Assembly (NCBI GenBank): GCA_913046815.1
Contig: CAJWTE010000001.1
Coordinates: forward strand, 1 to 46,316
Source: an uncultured bacterium
Lineage (GTDB): Bacteria; Patescibacteriota; Minisyncoccia; Phycocordibacterales; UBA918
Direction: 5' to 3'
DNA: 46,316 nt
In this document: one piece after another, positions 25,153-34,635 of the stretch
How positions within the stretch are numbered: the stretch's first letter is position 1
How the letters are laid out: every line of letters starts with the position of its first letter
Position numbers and translations under genes: made by a program
Notes under the pieces: model-generated
Database searches by the model: none
Seen by the model: only the letters and a program-made list of their open reading frames with translations
What the model was told of the DNA's origin: nothing

Positions 25153-26139
25153 ATGGAAAAGAAACACCCTGAATATCAATATTTGGACTTAATGCAGCGG
25201 TTGTTAGATAAAGGTGATCGACAGGCAGACGCTGATACTGGAGACGTTACGTACAGTTTGTTTGGCGAACAGATACGTTTCGACTTAAATCAGGGTTTGC
25301 CGCTTCTTACCACCAAGAAAGTATTTTGGAAAGGGGTTCTCCACGAATTGTTTTGGTTCTTGTCCGGACAAACCAATATCAAATATTTGGTGGACAACGG
25401 CGTTCATATTTGGGACGATTATCCTTTTCGTATTTATAATGACAAACGCGAAGCGGAAGGGTGGCCTGATATAAGCAAAGATGAGTTCGTGGAAAAGATT
25501 GCAAGTGACCAAGAATATGCCAATCAGCACGGTGAGCTACCTCATATCTATGGTGAGATGTGGAGGAATTGGCCACGTAAAGACGGTGGCGGAGTAGATC
25601 AGTTGCAGTGGGTTGTAGATGAAGTAAAGAAAGATCCAAGTTGTCACAATGCGATTGTGACCAGCTGGAACCCGGAGTATCTATATGCGATGGCTAAGCC
25701 CGGTGAAGCCTGTCGATTTCCAATTTGTCACAACATGTACCAGGTAAATATCAAAGACGGCAAGCTGTGTCTCCAGCTTTATCAACGGTCGGCGGACATT
25801 TTCTTAGGCGTACCTTTCAATATCGCCAGCTACGCGTTGCTGGTCGAGGTATTGGCCAAAATTACCGGATATGAACCAGGTGAGTTCGTGCATACTTTTG
25901 GCGATGTGCATATATACGAAAACCATATAGAACAAGCTAAAGAACAATTGTCACGCAAGCCACTACCTTTCCCTAAAGTGACTATCAGTGATGAAGCAAA
26001 ATCACTAGAAACTTTCAGACCAGAACATGTAACTTTAGCAAACTACGAGTCACATCCACCAATCAAGGCTGAGTTGGCAGTAGTGGGTGGTTTTAACAAA
26101 AAAATTCACGAGACTCCAGCAGAGGAAGAAGGTGTATAA
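25153..26139 (+). CDS. thyA: Thymidylate synthase (ThyA, long form with an insert)
   Basis: YLDLMQRLL, LTTKKVFWKGVLHELFWFLSG, FPICHNMYQ, YQRSADIFLGVPFNIASYALL. Confidence 0.9.
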   Translation: MEKKHPEYQYLDLMQRLLDKGDRQADADTGDVTYSLFGEQIRFDLNQGLPLLTTKKVFWKGVLHELFWFLSGQTNIKYLVDNGVHIWDDYPFRIYNDKREAEGWPDISKDEFVEKIASDQEYANQHGELPHIYGEMWRNWPRKDGGGVDQLQWVVDEVKKDPSCHNAIVTSWNPEYLYAMAKPGEACRFPICHNMYQVNIKDGKLCLQLYQRSADIFLGVPFNIASYALLVEVLAKITGYEPGEFVHTFGDVHIYENHIEQAKEQLSRKPLPFPKVTISDEAKSLETFRPEHVTLANYESHPPIKAELAVVGGFNKKIHETPAEEEGV

Positions 26140-26218
26140 TAATTAAAACTTAAATTGCCTATGATCTAATTGAGTTCACAATTTTGTACAACTGATTAAC
26201 AATACTAACAGCTTTACC

Positions 26219-27487
26219 ATGAGTGAATACAATTACATCAAACAACAAGACGAAGATATTTATAACGCCATCATGGGCGAGGAGGAGCGTGAGGCTAATG
26301 GTCTTGAGCTTATTCCGAGTGAGAACTATGTATCGAGAGCCGTTCGCGAAGCGAACGGCTCTATATTGACTAACAAATACTCAGAAGGTTATCCGGGCAA
26401 ACGCTACTACGGCGGACAAGAGTTTACTGACGCAGTGGAGAAGGTGGCGATAGACAGGGCTTGTCAACTTTTTGGTTGTAAATATGCCAATGTGCAACCC
26501 TTATCTGGTGCACCTGCTAATGTCGCCATGTATTTTGCTCTTATGGAGCCGGGAGACACTGTACTTGGCATGCATCTCGAGCATGGTGGACACCTTACTC
26601 ACGGACATCCGACTACCAGCATCAACAAAGTCTTCAACTTTGTTCGATATAAAATGAAGGATGTCGATACCGGTGAAATTGACTACGAAGAATTACGAAA
26701 AGTAGCATTAGAACATAAACCAAAGATTATCCTAGCGGGTTTCTCAGCTTATTCGCGAGAACTAGACTATGAAAAGTTCGTCGAGATAGCGAGAGAAGTG
26801 GGTGCTTATACCGTGGCGGATATGGCGCACATCGCTGGACTTATCGCTGGTGGGGTAGCGAAGAATCCTTTTGATGCCGGCTTTGATGTTATTACCACCA
26901 CGACTCACAAGACTCTCCGAGGTCCACGTGGAGGAATGGTACTGGTACGAGAAGATGAAGAATTGGCTAAGAAGATAAATAAGTCTGTCTTCCCAGGGCT
27001 ACAAGGTGGTCCACACATGAACAACATCGCCGCCAAGGCAATTGCTTTTGGTGAGGCACTACAACCGTCTTTCAAGACCTATTCAAAACAAGTCTTGAAG
27101 AATGCCAAAGCCATGGAAGAAGTATTCAAGGACGCCGATATCCGCTTGCTTGGCGGGGGGACTGACAACCACTTACTACTAGCCGATGTCTTTGGTTCAA
27201 TGGGTATTACCGGACAAGAAGCCGAGGTAGTATTGGATGAAGTTGGTATTACCCTGAACAAAAACATGATTGCCGACGAGTCACGTACAGCCATGGATCC
27301 TTCCGGCATACGCTTTGGTACACCGGCAATAACTACTCGTGGCATGAAGGAGGAGGAAGCGGCAAAAGTGGCAGAGATAATGATAGATACACTGAAGAAC
27401 AAAGACGACCAAGCCAAGAAAGATGCCAATCGCGATGCAATTAAGGAACTTTGCCAGCAGTTTCCTATTCCAGAGAGTTTTGTTTAG
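26219..27487 (+). CDS. glyA: Serine hydroxymethyltransferase
   Basis: LELIPSENY, YSEGYPGKRYYGG, TTTTHKTLRGPRGG. Confidence 0.95.
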   Translation: MSEYNYIKQQDEDIYNAIMGEEEREANGLELIPSENYVSRAVREANGSILTNKYSEGYPGKRYYGGQEFTDAVEKVAIDRACQLFGCKYANVQPLSGAPANVAMYFALMEPGDTVLGMHLEHGGHLTHGHPTTSINKVFNFVRYKMKDVDTGEIDYEELRKVALEHKPKIILAGFSAYSRELDYEKFVEIAREVGAYTVADMAHIAGLIAGGVAKNPFDAGFDVITTTTHKTLRGPRGGMVLVREDEELAKKINKSVFPGLQGGPHMNNIAAKAIAFGEALQPSFKTYSKQVLKNAKAMEEVFKDADIRLLGGGTDNHLLLADVFGSMGITGQEAEVVLDEVGITLNKNMIADESRTAMDPSGIRFGTPAITTRGMKEEEAAKVAEIMIDTLKNKDDQAKKDANRDAIKELCQQFPIPESFV

Positions 27488-27567
27488 TGGTTGAAAATTT
27501 TGATTTGTAAAGATAAAGACCCAGCGCTACGACGTTGGGTTTTATTTATTCAATATTGAACACACAT

Positions 27568-27622
27568 CCCCACTATGCCAGTTAACCGTCATAATTTATG
27601 ACGGTTAACTGGCATAGTGGGG
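27568..27622. repeat. 55-nt perfect palindrome (25-bp arms)
   Basis: ccccactatgccagttaaccgtcat-aattt-atgacggttaactggcatagtgggg. No flanking U-tract on either strand. Confidence 0.8.
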
Positions 27623-27685
27623 GGAGAGTGCTGCAAATGTTAGGTTGCAGTTTGAGAGATTTGTTCTATATTGTATTTAGTTAGT

Positions 27686-27790
27686 TTCGCCCCGCTCCCG
27701 GGGGCGATAATCGGCGGCCGCCCTCCTATGTTCAAGATTTACAGCGGCCGCCGACCCAATCATTACGCAGTTTTATCTGCGTATTATTTT
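27686..27790 (+). promoter_or_regulatory. GC-rich three-hairpin block ending in a terminator-like hairpin, upstream of the DUF2914 gene (candidate sRNA or leader)
   Basis: cgccccg/cgggggcg; tcggcggccgc-22 nt-gcggccgccga; tacgcag-ttttat-ctgcgta followed by ttattttt. Confidence 0.3.
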
Positions 27791-27822
27791 TGCTTTATCT
27801 ATCCATTCTGTACAATAGGTCT

Positions 27823-28935
27823 ATGCAACATCTGCTACTGAAGTTAAAGAACAAACTCAATCAAACACCTGGGTTTCATTTCGTGATGAGACATTGGCTC
27901 ACAGTGGCTTTTTTACTCGGCTTTGTTGTTGACAGTATAACTCTCAACAGAGTCGATCAAATTTTTGACAACTTAGTACTACTTACTTATGTAATCTTGG
28001 CGACGGCGGCCTTGCTTCTTTTATACGCTGGTGTATCAGAGAAGTTGGGAGAGAAGCGGAGTCCAATAGCACGAAAGTATATGCCACTGGTTATTCAGTA
28101 TGCTTTTGGTGGTCTGTTGTCGGGAATGTTGATATTTTATGGCCGCAGCGGGGCTCTGGTGGAGAGTTGGCCTTTTCTGGCCGCCATTCTCTTGGCTATC
28201 TATTATAACGAAACGATTATTGACAGGAGTAATCGTCTCATTTATAACTTGACCATCTTTTTTGTTGGTCTATTTTCATACGTTGTGTTAGTGATACCGG
28301 TCCTTACTGGGCACATGGGAGCCGGTGTATTTGTGGTGAGTGGAGTATTGGCAGTGGCACTTATGTATGGCTTTTTGAAAATGTTATACAAAATCATTCC
28401 TCATTTTTTGACTATGCAAATGCGCTCGATAGTCTTCATGTTAGGAATTGTGTATGTGAGTTTCAACTTTCTATATTTCAGCAACATGATTCCACCTATA
28501 CCACTGTCTTTGAAAGAGGTTGGTATTTACCACTCGGTCACTAAAGTAGCTGACGGTGTCTACCGACTTAGTTACGAAGAAGGACAATGGTGGCAGTTGT
28601 TTAGGAAGTCAGACAAAGTCTTTCATCCTGATGAAAGTGGCCAAGTGTATTGTTATGCGAGAGTATTTGCTCCTACCAAATTGGAAACCGATATAGAACA
28701 TCACTGGGAGTACTTTAATGAGGAAGAAAAAAAATGGCAAACGTACGATCGCTTAAGCTACAGTATTGCTGGGGGTCGCGACCAAGGGTATCGTGGTTAT
28801 ACGTATATTGAAAATTATTTCCAGGGCAAATGGCGGTGTAGCGTAGAGACCAGAAGAGGTCAGGTGTTAGGACGGGAGGTATTTTCCATAGACAGTAGTG
28901 AAGGACCAGGTACGATAGTTAATCGTTTTGAGTAG
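27823..28935 (+). CDS. Multi-pass membrane protein with a DUF2914-like C-terminal domain
   Basis: About 6-7 TM segments, then a soluble C-terminus with GGRDQGYRGYTYIENYFQGKWRCSVETRRGQVLGREVFSI. Confidence 0.5.
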   Translation: MQHLLLKLKNKLNQTPGFHFVMRHWLTVAFLLGFVVDSITLNRVDQIFDNLVLLTYVILATAALLLLYAGVSEKLGEKRSPIARKYMPLVIQYAFGGLLSGMLIFYGRSGALVESWPFLAAILLAIYYNETIIDRSNRLIYNLTIFFVGLFSYVVLVIPVLTGHMGAGVFVVSGVLAVALMYGFLKMLYKIIPHFLTMQMRSIVFMLGIVYVSFNFLYFSNMIPPIPLSLKEVGIYHSVTKVADGVYRLSYEEGQWWQLFRKSDKVFHPDESGQVYCYARVFAPTKLETDIEHHWEYFNEEEKKWQTYDRLSYSIAGGRDQGYRGYTYIENYFQGKWRCSVETRRGQVLGREVFSIDSSEGPGTIVNRFE

Positions 28936-29104
28936 GTCTTAATACCATAGGATAACCCTATGGAAGTTGCTTTTTTTATAAAATGTGTTATTGTCACGAA
29001 CAAGTTCGCAATGGGCGAACTGTTTTTGAACCAATGGGGGTAAAAATAAGTGCAATACGGAATGAAAAGCAAACCGTTCACCCGCAGTGCTACCAAAAAG
29101 TACT

Positions 29105-29302
29105 GCAAAGGAATGCGCGGCCGGTCTCAAGGTCCCCGCGACCAAGCGACCACGCACCGGAAGGTAGAGGTGGTTGAAAAAACCAAGGGGCAACGACCCC
29201 GTATAAGGACGATCCTCGTCCCCACATGAGGCAAAGAGCAGGGCGGCGCAACGGCGCCTCCCCGCACACCCGCAACGCACGTCGCTAAGACGGGCGTTTT
29301 TT
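29105..29302 (+). promoter_or_regulatory. GC-rich multi-hairpin leader ending in an intrinsic terminator 26 nt before the argS start
   Basis: Hairpins: ACCAC..ACC-GGAA-GGU..GUGGU, GGGG-caacga-CCCC, GGACGA-tcc-TCGTCC, GGCGC-aacg-GCGCC. Terminator: cgcacgtc-gctaa-gacgggcg + tttttt at 29276-29302. Confidence 0.35.
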
Positions 29303-29327
29303 GTTGCTTTTTGGTATAGTAGCCACA

Positions 29328-31013
29328 ATGAAAGACACGCTGAAAAATGTTGTCAACAATGCGCTAAAGAGCCTGGAGCTGCCCGTGGAAGACTTTGTAA
29401 TTGAGCATCCGGCTCTTATGTCACATGGGGACTATGCTACCAACGTAGCTTTAGTAGTTGCTAAAGAAGTTGGTCAGAATCCGCGTGAATTGGCCGAAAA
29501 GATAATGAAAGAAGTGGTTTTGCAGGATCTTCCGGAAATCAACCAAGTTTCCATTGCCGGTCCTGGCTTTATCAACTTCACCCTCAGTCGTACTTTCTTT
29601 ACCAAGCAAATCAAGCTGATTAATACCATTGATGGTGAATGGGGGAAGAATGGCGCTTATTTAGGGAAGAAAGTATTGGTGGAGTACACCGACCCTAATC
29701 CATTTAAGGAGTTTCATATCGGTCACATGTTTACCAATATTGTAGGTGAGAGCCTATCTCGCTTATTTGTTATGGCCGGAGCAGATGTGAAGCGTCTTAA
29801 CTATCAAGGTGATGTGGGTATGCATGTTGCTTCAGCGATATGGGGAATGCAGCAAATGGGGCTAACGGCAGATAGTCAGTTTGGTCCCCGTGAGTTGGGG
29901 GAGGCATATGCTAAGGGTGCAACGGCGGCTAAGAACAATGAATCAGCCAAGCAAGATATAACGACCTTGAATAAAAAAATTTACGATCGGTCTGATGAGG
30001 CAGTCAATCAACTGTATGATAAAGGCCGAGCGGTTTCATTGGAATATTTTGAGGATATGTACGCTATCTTAGGTACTAAATTTGACCATTACTTTTTTGA
30101 GAGTGAGGCCGGTCCCAAGGGGCAAGATTTAGTTTTGGCGCATCCTGAAGTATTTGTAGATAGCGATGGTGCTAAGATATTTCCCGGTGAGCAACATGGT
30201 CTACACACTAGAGTATTTATAAACCGTGAAGGGTTGCCCACTTACGAAGCTAAAGAGTTGGCGTTGGCCGAAATGAAAGAAGACGAGTGTGGCACCCACG
30301 ACTTGTCTGTCGTTTCTACCGCCAACGAAATTAATGAGTATTTCAAAGTGCTTTTGAAAGCAATGAGTCTGATTCATCCTGATTTAGCCCAGAAGACTGA
30401 GCATATCGGACACGGTATGGTGCGATTAACTTCTGGCAAGATGTCGTCACGCACTGGTGATGTAATTCCGGCGCGGGACTTTATCGATAGTATCAAACTC
30501 GTCGCTTTAAATAAGGTAGAGGAATCAGGCAGGGAAGTGGATGAGCAAACAGCAAAAATGGTCGCAATGGGTGCTATCAAGTATGAAACTCTCAGAGGCA
30601 GCATTTTCCAGGATTCAGTGTTTGACGAAGGAAACGCACTATCTTTTGAAGGCAACTCTGGTCCGTATTTGCAGTATACCTATGCTCGAATTCAGTCAGT
30701 AAAAGAAAAGGCTGAGAAGGAGGGTGTCGCTACTGGTTTAGAAGTGATACCAAAGGATATTTATGATGTAGAAAGAGTCTTGTACCGTTTCCCAGAAGTA
30801 GTGGAAGAAGCCCTTGTAGATAGATCACCCCACAAAGTCGCAGTGTTTCTCACTGAGCTTGCCAGTGAGTTTAATGCTTTTTATTCTCATGAGAAGATAG
30901 CAGATGTTGGGGATGAATTGGCTTCATACAAACTAGCTCTTTCTGATGCAGTAGCCGAGACCTTAAAAACTGGTCTGTGGATACTTGGCATCGACGCCCC
31001 GGAAAGAATGTAG
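29328..31013 (+). CDS. argS: Arginyl-tRNA synthetase
   Basis: SHGDYATNVAL, VEYTDPNPFKEFHIGH (HIGH), GKMSSRTG (KMSK). Confidence 0.9.
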   Translation: MKDTLKNVVNNALKSLELPVEDFVIEHPALMSHGDYATNVALVVAKEVGQNPRELAEKIMKEVVLQDLPEINQVSIAGPGFINFTLSRTFFTKQIKLINTIDGEWGKNGAYLGKKVLVEYTDPNPFKEFHIGHMFTNIVGESLSRLFVMAGADVKRLNYQGDVGMHVASAIWGMQQMGLTADSQFGPRELGEAYAKGATAAKNNESAKQDITTLNKKIYDRSDEAVNQLYDKGRAVSLEYFEDMYAILGTKFDHYFFESEAGPKGQDLVLAHPEVFVDSDGAKIFPGEQHGLHTRVFINREGLPTYEAKELALAEMKEDECGTHDLSVVSTANEINEYFKVLLKAMSLIHPDLAQKTEHIGHGMVRLTSGKMSSRTGDVIPARDFIDSIKLVALNKVEESGREVDEQTAKMVAMGAIKYETLRGSIFQDSVFDEGNALSFEGNSGPYLQYTYARIQSVKEKAEKEGVATGLEVIPKDIYDVERVLYRFPEVVEEALVDRSPHKVAVFLTELASEFNAFYSHEKIADVGDELASYKLALSDAVAETLKTGLWILGIDAPERM

Positions 31014-31080
31014 GTCGGTTTGTAAATTCACCTATTTTGACTTAGTATGCTTATACGTGTCTGATATACACGTATTTATT

Positions 31081-34000
31081 ATGTCTGATATACATAACCA
31101 TAATATGACAAACAAAAATAAAGAAACAGTGTTAGAAGCTAAAAATGACGAGCAGAAGTCAGAAGTAGCTTTACGCGAAGAGGCGATGCTCACCTTTTGG
31201 AAAGAGCATGATATTTTTAATAAATCAGTAGAAAAGGAAGCGCCTAACGGCGGTTTTGTTTTTTATGATGGCCCTCCATTTGCTACCGGTTTACCTCATT
31301 ACGGTCATATTCTCGCTAGTACCATCAAAGACGCAATCCCGCGTTTTTGGACTATGAATGGCTATCGCGTGGAGCGCAAATGGGGCTGGGATTGTCATGG
31401 ATTGCCTCTAGAAAACTTGATTGAGAAGCGACTTGGCTTAGCCACAAAAAGAGATATTGAGGAATATGGGGTAAAAAATTTCAATGAAGCTGCACGCAGT
31501 ACGGTAATGGAATATGCTGATGACTGGAAGCAAATAATTCCGCGTATGGGACGTTGGGCGGATATGAACAGCGACTACAAGACAATGGATAGTACCTACA
31601 CCGAGAGTGTATGGTGGGTATTTAAGTCTTTGCATGACAAAGGTTTGGTATACGAAGGCTTCAAATCTATGCACTTGTGTCCACGTTGTGGTACGACCCT
31701 TTCAAACTTCGAGGTCAACCAAGGTTACCAAGATATAAAAGATATCGCTGTAACAGTGAAGCTGCCTTTGCTAGATGAGCAAGGAGAAAAGACAGACACA
31801 TCACTCTTAGTCTGGACCACCACTCCATGGACACTACCCGGTAACATGGCTGCAGCAGTGCATAACGATCACGACTATGTCAAAGTAACGGTCGGTGTCG
31901 AGGATATGTCCGGTACTTATATATTGGCCAAGGACAGATTGAGTCAGTTGGGTACAGATGAGTACGAAGTGGTTGAAGAGATAAAGGGATCTTTGTTAGT
32001 AGGTTTGCGTTACGAGCCACCATTCTCTTACTTCCAAGACCGAGACTTTGAAAATAAAAAGAACGCCTGGAAGGTTTACCATGCCGACTACGTTGAGTTG
32101 GGAGAAGAAGGTACAGGAGCCGTACACTTGGCTCCTGCCTATGGTGACGAAGACATGGAATTGGCAAAAGAACAGGGAATACCGCTAGTGCACCATGTTG
32201 ACGAGAGTGGACGTTTCAGGGATTTTGTGACTGACTTTGCTGGGCAACTAGTTAAGCCAAAGGATGACGATGAAGCTGGTATTTTGCACTTGGATACTGA
32301 TATTGAGATTGTTAAAGCTCTTAAGGAAAGTGGCAAGCTGCTGCGCAAAGAAAATATCACCCATAGTTACCCTCATTGTTGGCGTTGTGACACCCCGCTT
32401 CTAAATTATGCAACTACCTCTTGGTTTGTGCGAGTGACTGACATCAAAGACGAGTTGGTGGCTGAGAATAATAAAATCCATTGGGTACCAGAACATGTCG
32501 GCAAAAATCGTTTTGGTAAATGGTTGGAAGGAGCTAGAGACTGGGCTGTTAGTCGCCAGCGTTACTGGGGAGCCCCTTTGCCAATCTGGCGTAATCCCGA
32601 GACTAAAGAGCATAAAGTTTTCGGTTCTTTGGACGAACTGAAGCAGTATATACCCAACAGTGACAACCGGTATCTGGTCATGCGACATGGTGAAAGTGAA
32701 AAGAACGTAGCTCAGATAGTCACGGATGACTACGACGCACCATATCCACTTACTGAACAAGGTAGGGAGACTGTCAGAAAGTCAGCTAGGAATCTAAAAG
32801 GAAAAATTGACTTAATTATTACCTCACCGGTTTTGCGAGCCAAAGAAACAGCTGGTTTGGTGGCGGAAGAAGTCGGTCTGAGTAGTGACCAAGTAGTAGT
32901 AGATGAAAGGATTCGTGAGACAAATCATGGTGAATATGAAGGTAAGCCACTGGTTGAGTATCAAAAAGCTTATCCAAGCGGTTTGTCAAAGTTTGTAGAC
33001 AGGCCGGAAGGAGGAGAGAGCTGGTCAGACATTAGGAAACGAATGGGTGAGTTTCTCTACTCACTAGAGAAAGACTATCAAAACAAAAACGTTTTGATTA
33101 TTTCTCATGGTGATCCTTTGTCACTCTTGAATTTTGTGGCTATGGGTTCAAGTAATGAATATATTGTTAGAGAATGGAATGCGCTGTATCCGGAAGAGAA
33201 AGGGGTTGCTAAAGAACTCCAGTTCACACCTCTGCCACACAATGACGACTATGTACTCGACTTTCATCGACCATATATTGATGAGGTTGAGTTGTATGAA
33301 GATGAGGTAAGGCTGGAACGGGTACTAGACGTGTTTGACTGTTGGTTTGAGAGTGGGTCTATGCCTTATGGTCAGCACCACTACCCGTTTGAGAATGAGA
33401 AAGAGTTTGAAAAGAATCTTTTTCCAGCCAACTTTATCGCAGAGGGACTTGATCAGACTCGAGGTTGGTTCTATTCGCTCATTGTGCTCAGTACGGCGTT
33501 ATTCGGCAAGTCGTCCTACCAGAATGTAATAGTGAACGGCCTTATTATGGCTGAGGATGGCAAGAAACTTAGTAAGAAACTACAGAACTACTCTGAGCCA
33601 ACAAAGTTTGCCAACGAAGTGGGAGCAGATTCCATACGTCATTACCTTTTATCATCTTCCATCGTACGCGGGGAAGACCTAAATTTCTCCGATCAGGCTG
33701 TACGGGAGTTACAACGCAAGAACATCGGTCGCTTACACAATGTTCTACAAATGTATCAGATGTACGTTGGTAGCATCGAACCGCACAATGCTTCAGACAA
33801 GATATTGGATCGTTGGATACTAAGCCGACTCGGAGAACTGATAGCCGAGTCTACTACCGGTTACAAAAATTATGAACTAGATAAAGCTACTAGACCGATA
33901 ACAGATTTTATTGATGATCTTTCTGTTTGGTACTTGCGTCGTAGTCGTGACCGCTTGAAAGGTACTGATACTGATGACAAGGAATTGGCAGTAGCTACTT

Positions 34001-34632
34001 TGGGCTATGTGCTGAAGAATTTGGCTTTAGTAATGGCTCCGGTGATGCCATTTTATTCAGAATATCTATGGCAGGAGATTAGAAGAGATGAAGATGTGCA
34101 GAGTGTTCATTTGGCGAGTTGGCCAGAGGGTGAAAAGACAGATGAAGAGTTGATAGAAAACATGAAAGTACTACGAGAGCTAGTCACGTCAGCTTTAGAG
34201 GTTCGTGCCAAGGCCAATATCAAAGTTCGTCAACCACTAGCAACGTTATTCCTCAAGGAGGATGCGATAGTCTCACAGGAAGCCGAGCTGGCCGCACTTG
34301 TACTAGAAGAAGTTAATGTTAAAAAGCTACAGCAAAATGCTTCAATGGTAGAGGATGTTTCCTTAGATATCAATATTACTCCGGAACTAAAAACGGAAGG
34401 GGATGTGCGCGAATTAATTCGCGCGGTACAAGATATGCGCAAGGAATCTGGCTTGAAGGCTGATGATAATATCAAATTGGTCATAGCAACCGACGAAGTC
34501 GGACAAAAGACAGTGGATGCTCATATGGACATGCTGGCTCACGTGGTAGGAGCAGAGACTGTTTCTTACGGAGAAGTCTCCGATGGAAGAGAAGTAACAA
34601 TAGGAGACACTATTTACAAAATTTCCTTTTAG
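31081..34632 (+). CDS. ileS: Isoleucyl-tRNA synthetase (eukaryote-like type 2) with an inserted histidine-phosphatase domain
   Basis: PPFATGLPHYGHIL (HIGH), WDCHGLP, KLSKKL (KMSKS variant), DVFDCWFESGSMPYG. The start is uncertain (31081 or 31105). Confidence 0.9.
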   Translation: MSDIHNHNMTNKNKETVLEAKNDEQKSEVALREEAMLTFWKEHDIFNKSVEKEAPNGGFVFYDGPPFATGLPHYGHILASTIKDAIPRFWTMNGYRVERKWGWDCHGLPLENLIEKRLGLATKRDIEEYGVKNFNEAARSTVMEYADDWKQIIPRMGRWADMNSDYKTMDSTYTESVWWVFKSLHDKGLVYEGFKSMHLCPRCGTTLSNFEVNQGYQDIKDIAVTVKLPLLDEQGEKTDTSLLVWTTTPWTLPGNMAAAVHNDHDYVKVTVGVEDMSGTYILAKDRLSQLGTDEYEVVEEIKGSLLVGLRYEPPFSYFQDRDFENKKNAWKVYHADYVELGEEGTGAVHLAPAYGDEDMELAKEQGIPLVHHVDESGRFRDFVTDFAGQLVKPKDDDEAGILHLDTDIEIVKALKESGKLLRKENITHSYPHCWRCDTPLLNYATTSWFVRVTDIKDELVAENNKIHWVPEHVGKNRFGKWLEGARDWAVSRQRYWGAPLPIWRNPETKEHKVFGSLDELKQYIPNSDNRYLVMRHGESEKNVAQIVTDDYDAPYPLTEQGRETVRKSARNLKGKIDLIITSPVLRAKETAGLVAEEVGLSSDQVVVDERIRETNHGEYEGKPLVEYQKAYPSGLSKFVDRPEGGESWSDIRKRMGEFLYSLEKDYQNKNVLIISHGDPLSLLNFVAMGSSNEYIVREWNALYPEEKGVAKELQFTPLPHNDDYVLDFHRPYIDEVELYEDEVRLERVLDVFDCWFESGSMPYGQHHYPFENEKEFEKNLFPANFIAEGLDQTRGWFYSLIVLSTALFGKSSYQNVIVNGLIMAEDGKKLSKKLQNYSEPTKFANEVGADSIRHYLLSSSIVRGEDLNFSDQAVRELQRKNIGRLHNVLQMYQMYVGSIEPHNASDKILDRWILSRLGELIAESTTGYKNYELDKATRPITDFIDDLSVWYLRRSRDRLKGTDTDDKELAVATLGYVLKNLALVMAPVMPFYSEYLWQEIRRDEDVQSVHLASWPEGEKTDEELIENMKVLRELVTSALEVRAKANIKVRQPLATLFLKEDAIVSQEAELAALVLEEVNVKKLQQNASMVEDVSLDINITPELKTEGDVRELIRAVQDMRKESGLKADDNIKLVIATDEVGQKTVDAHMDMLAHVVGAETVSYGEVSDGREVTIGDTIYKISF

Positions 34633-34635
34633 ATC

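Noticed and set aside
29140-29175. SRP (4.5S) RNA domain IV
   Set aside because: A GGAA tetraloop hairpin is present, but the flanking conserved AGGUCAGGUCC / AGCAGCC loop sequences are absent.
28939-29328. 129-aa minus-strand ORF and the 61-64-aa ORFs overlapping it
   Set aside because: They lie in the GC-rich hairpin region, have Arg/Cys/Gly/Leu-rich low-information sequence, and have no SD. They are interpreted as non-coding structured RNA.
30985-31080. ORF-track start of ileS overlapping argS by 29 nt
   Set aside because: The extension has no IleRS homology and would overlap the argS 3' end. The internal ATGs at 31081 or 31105 are more plausible.
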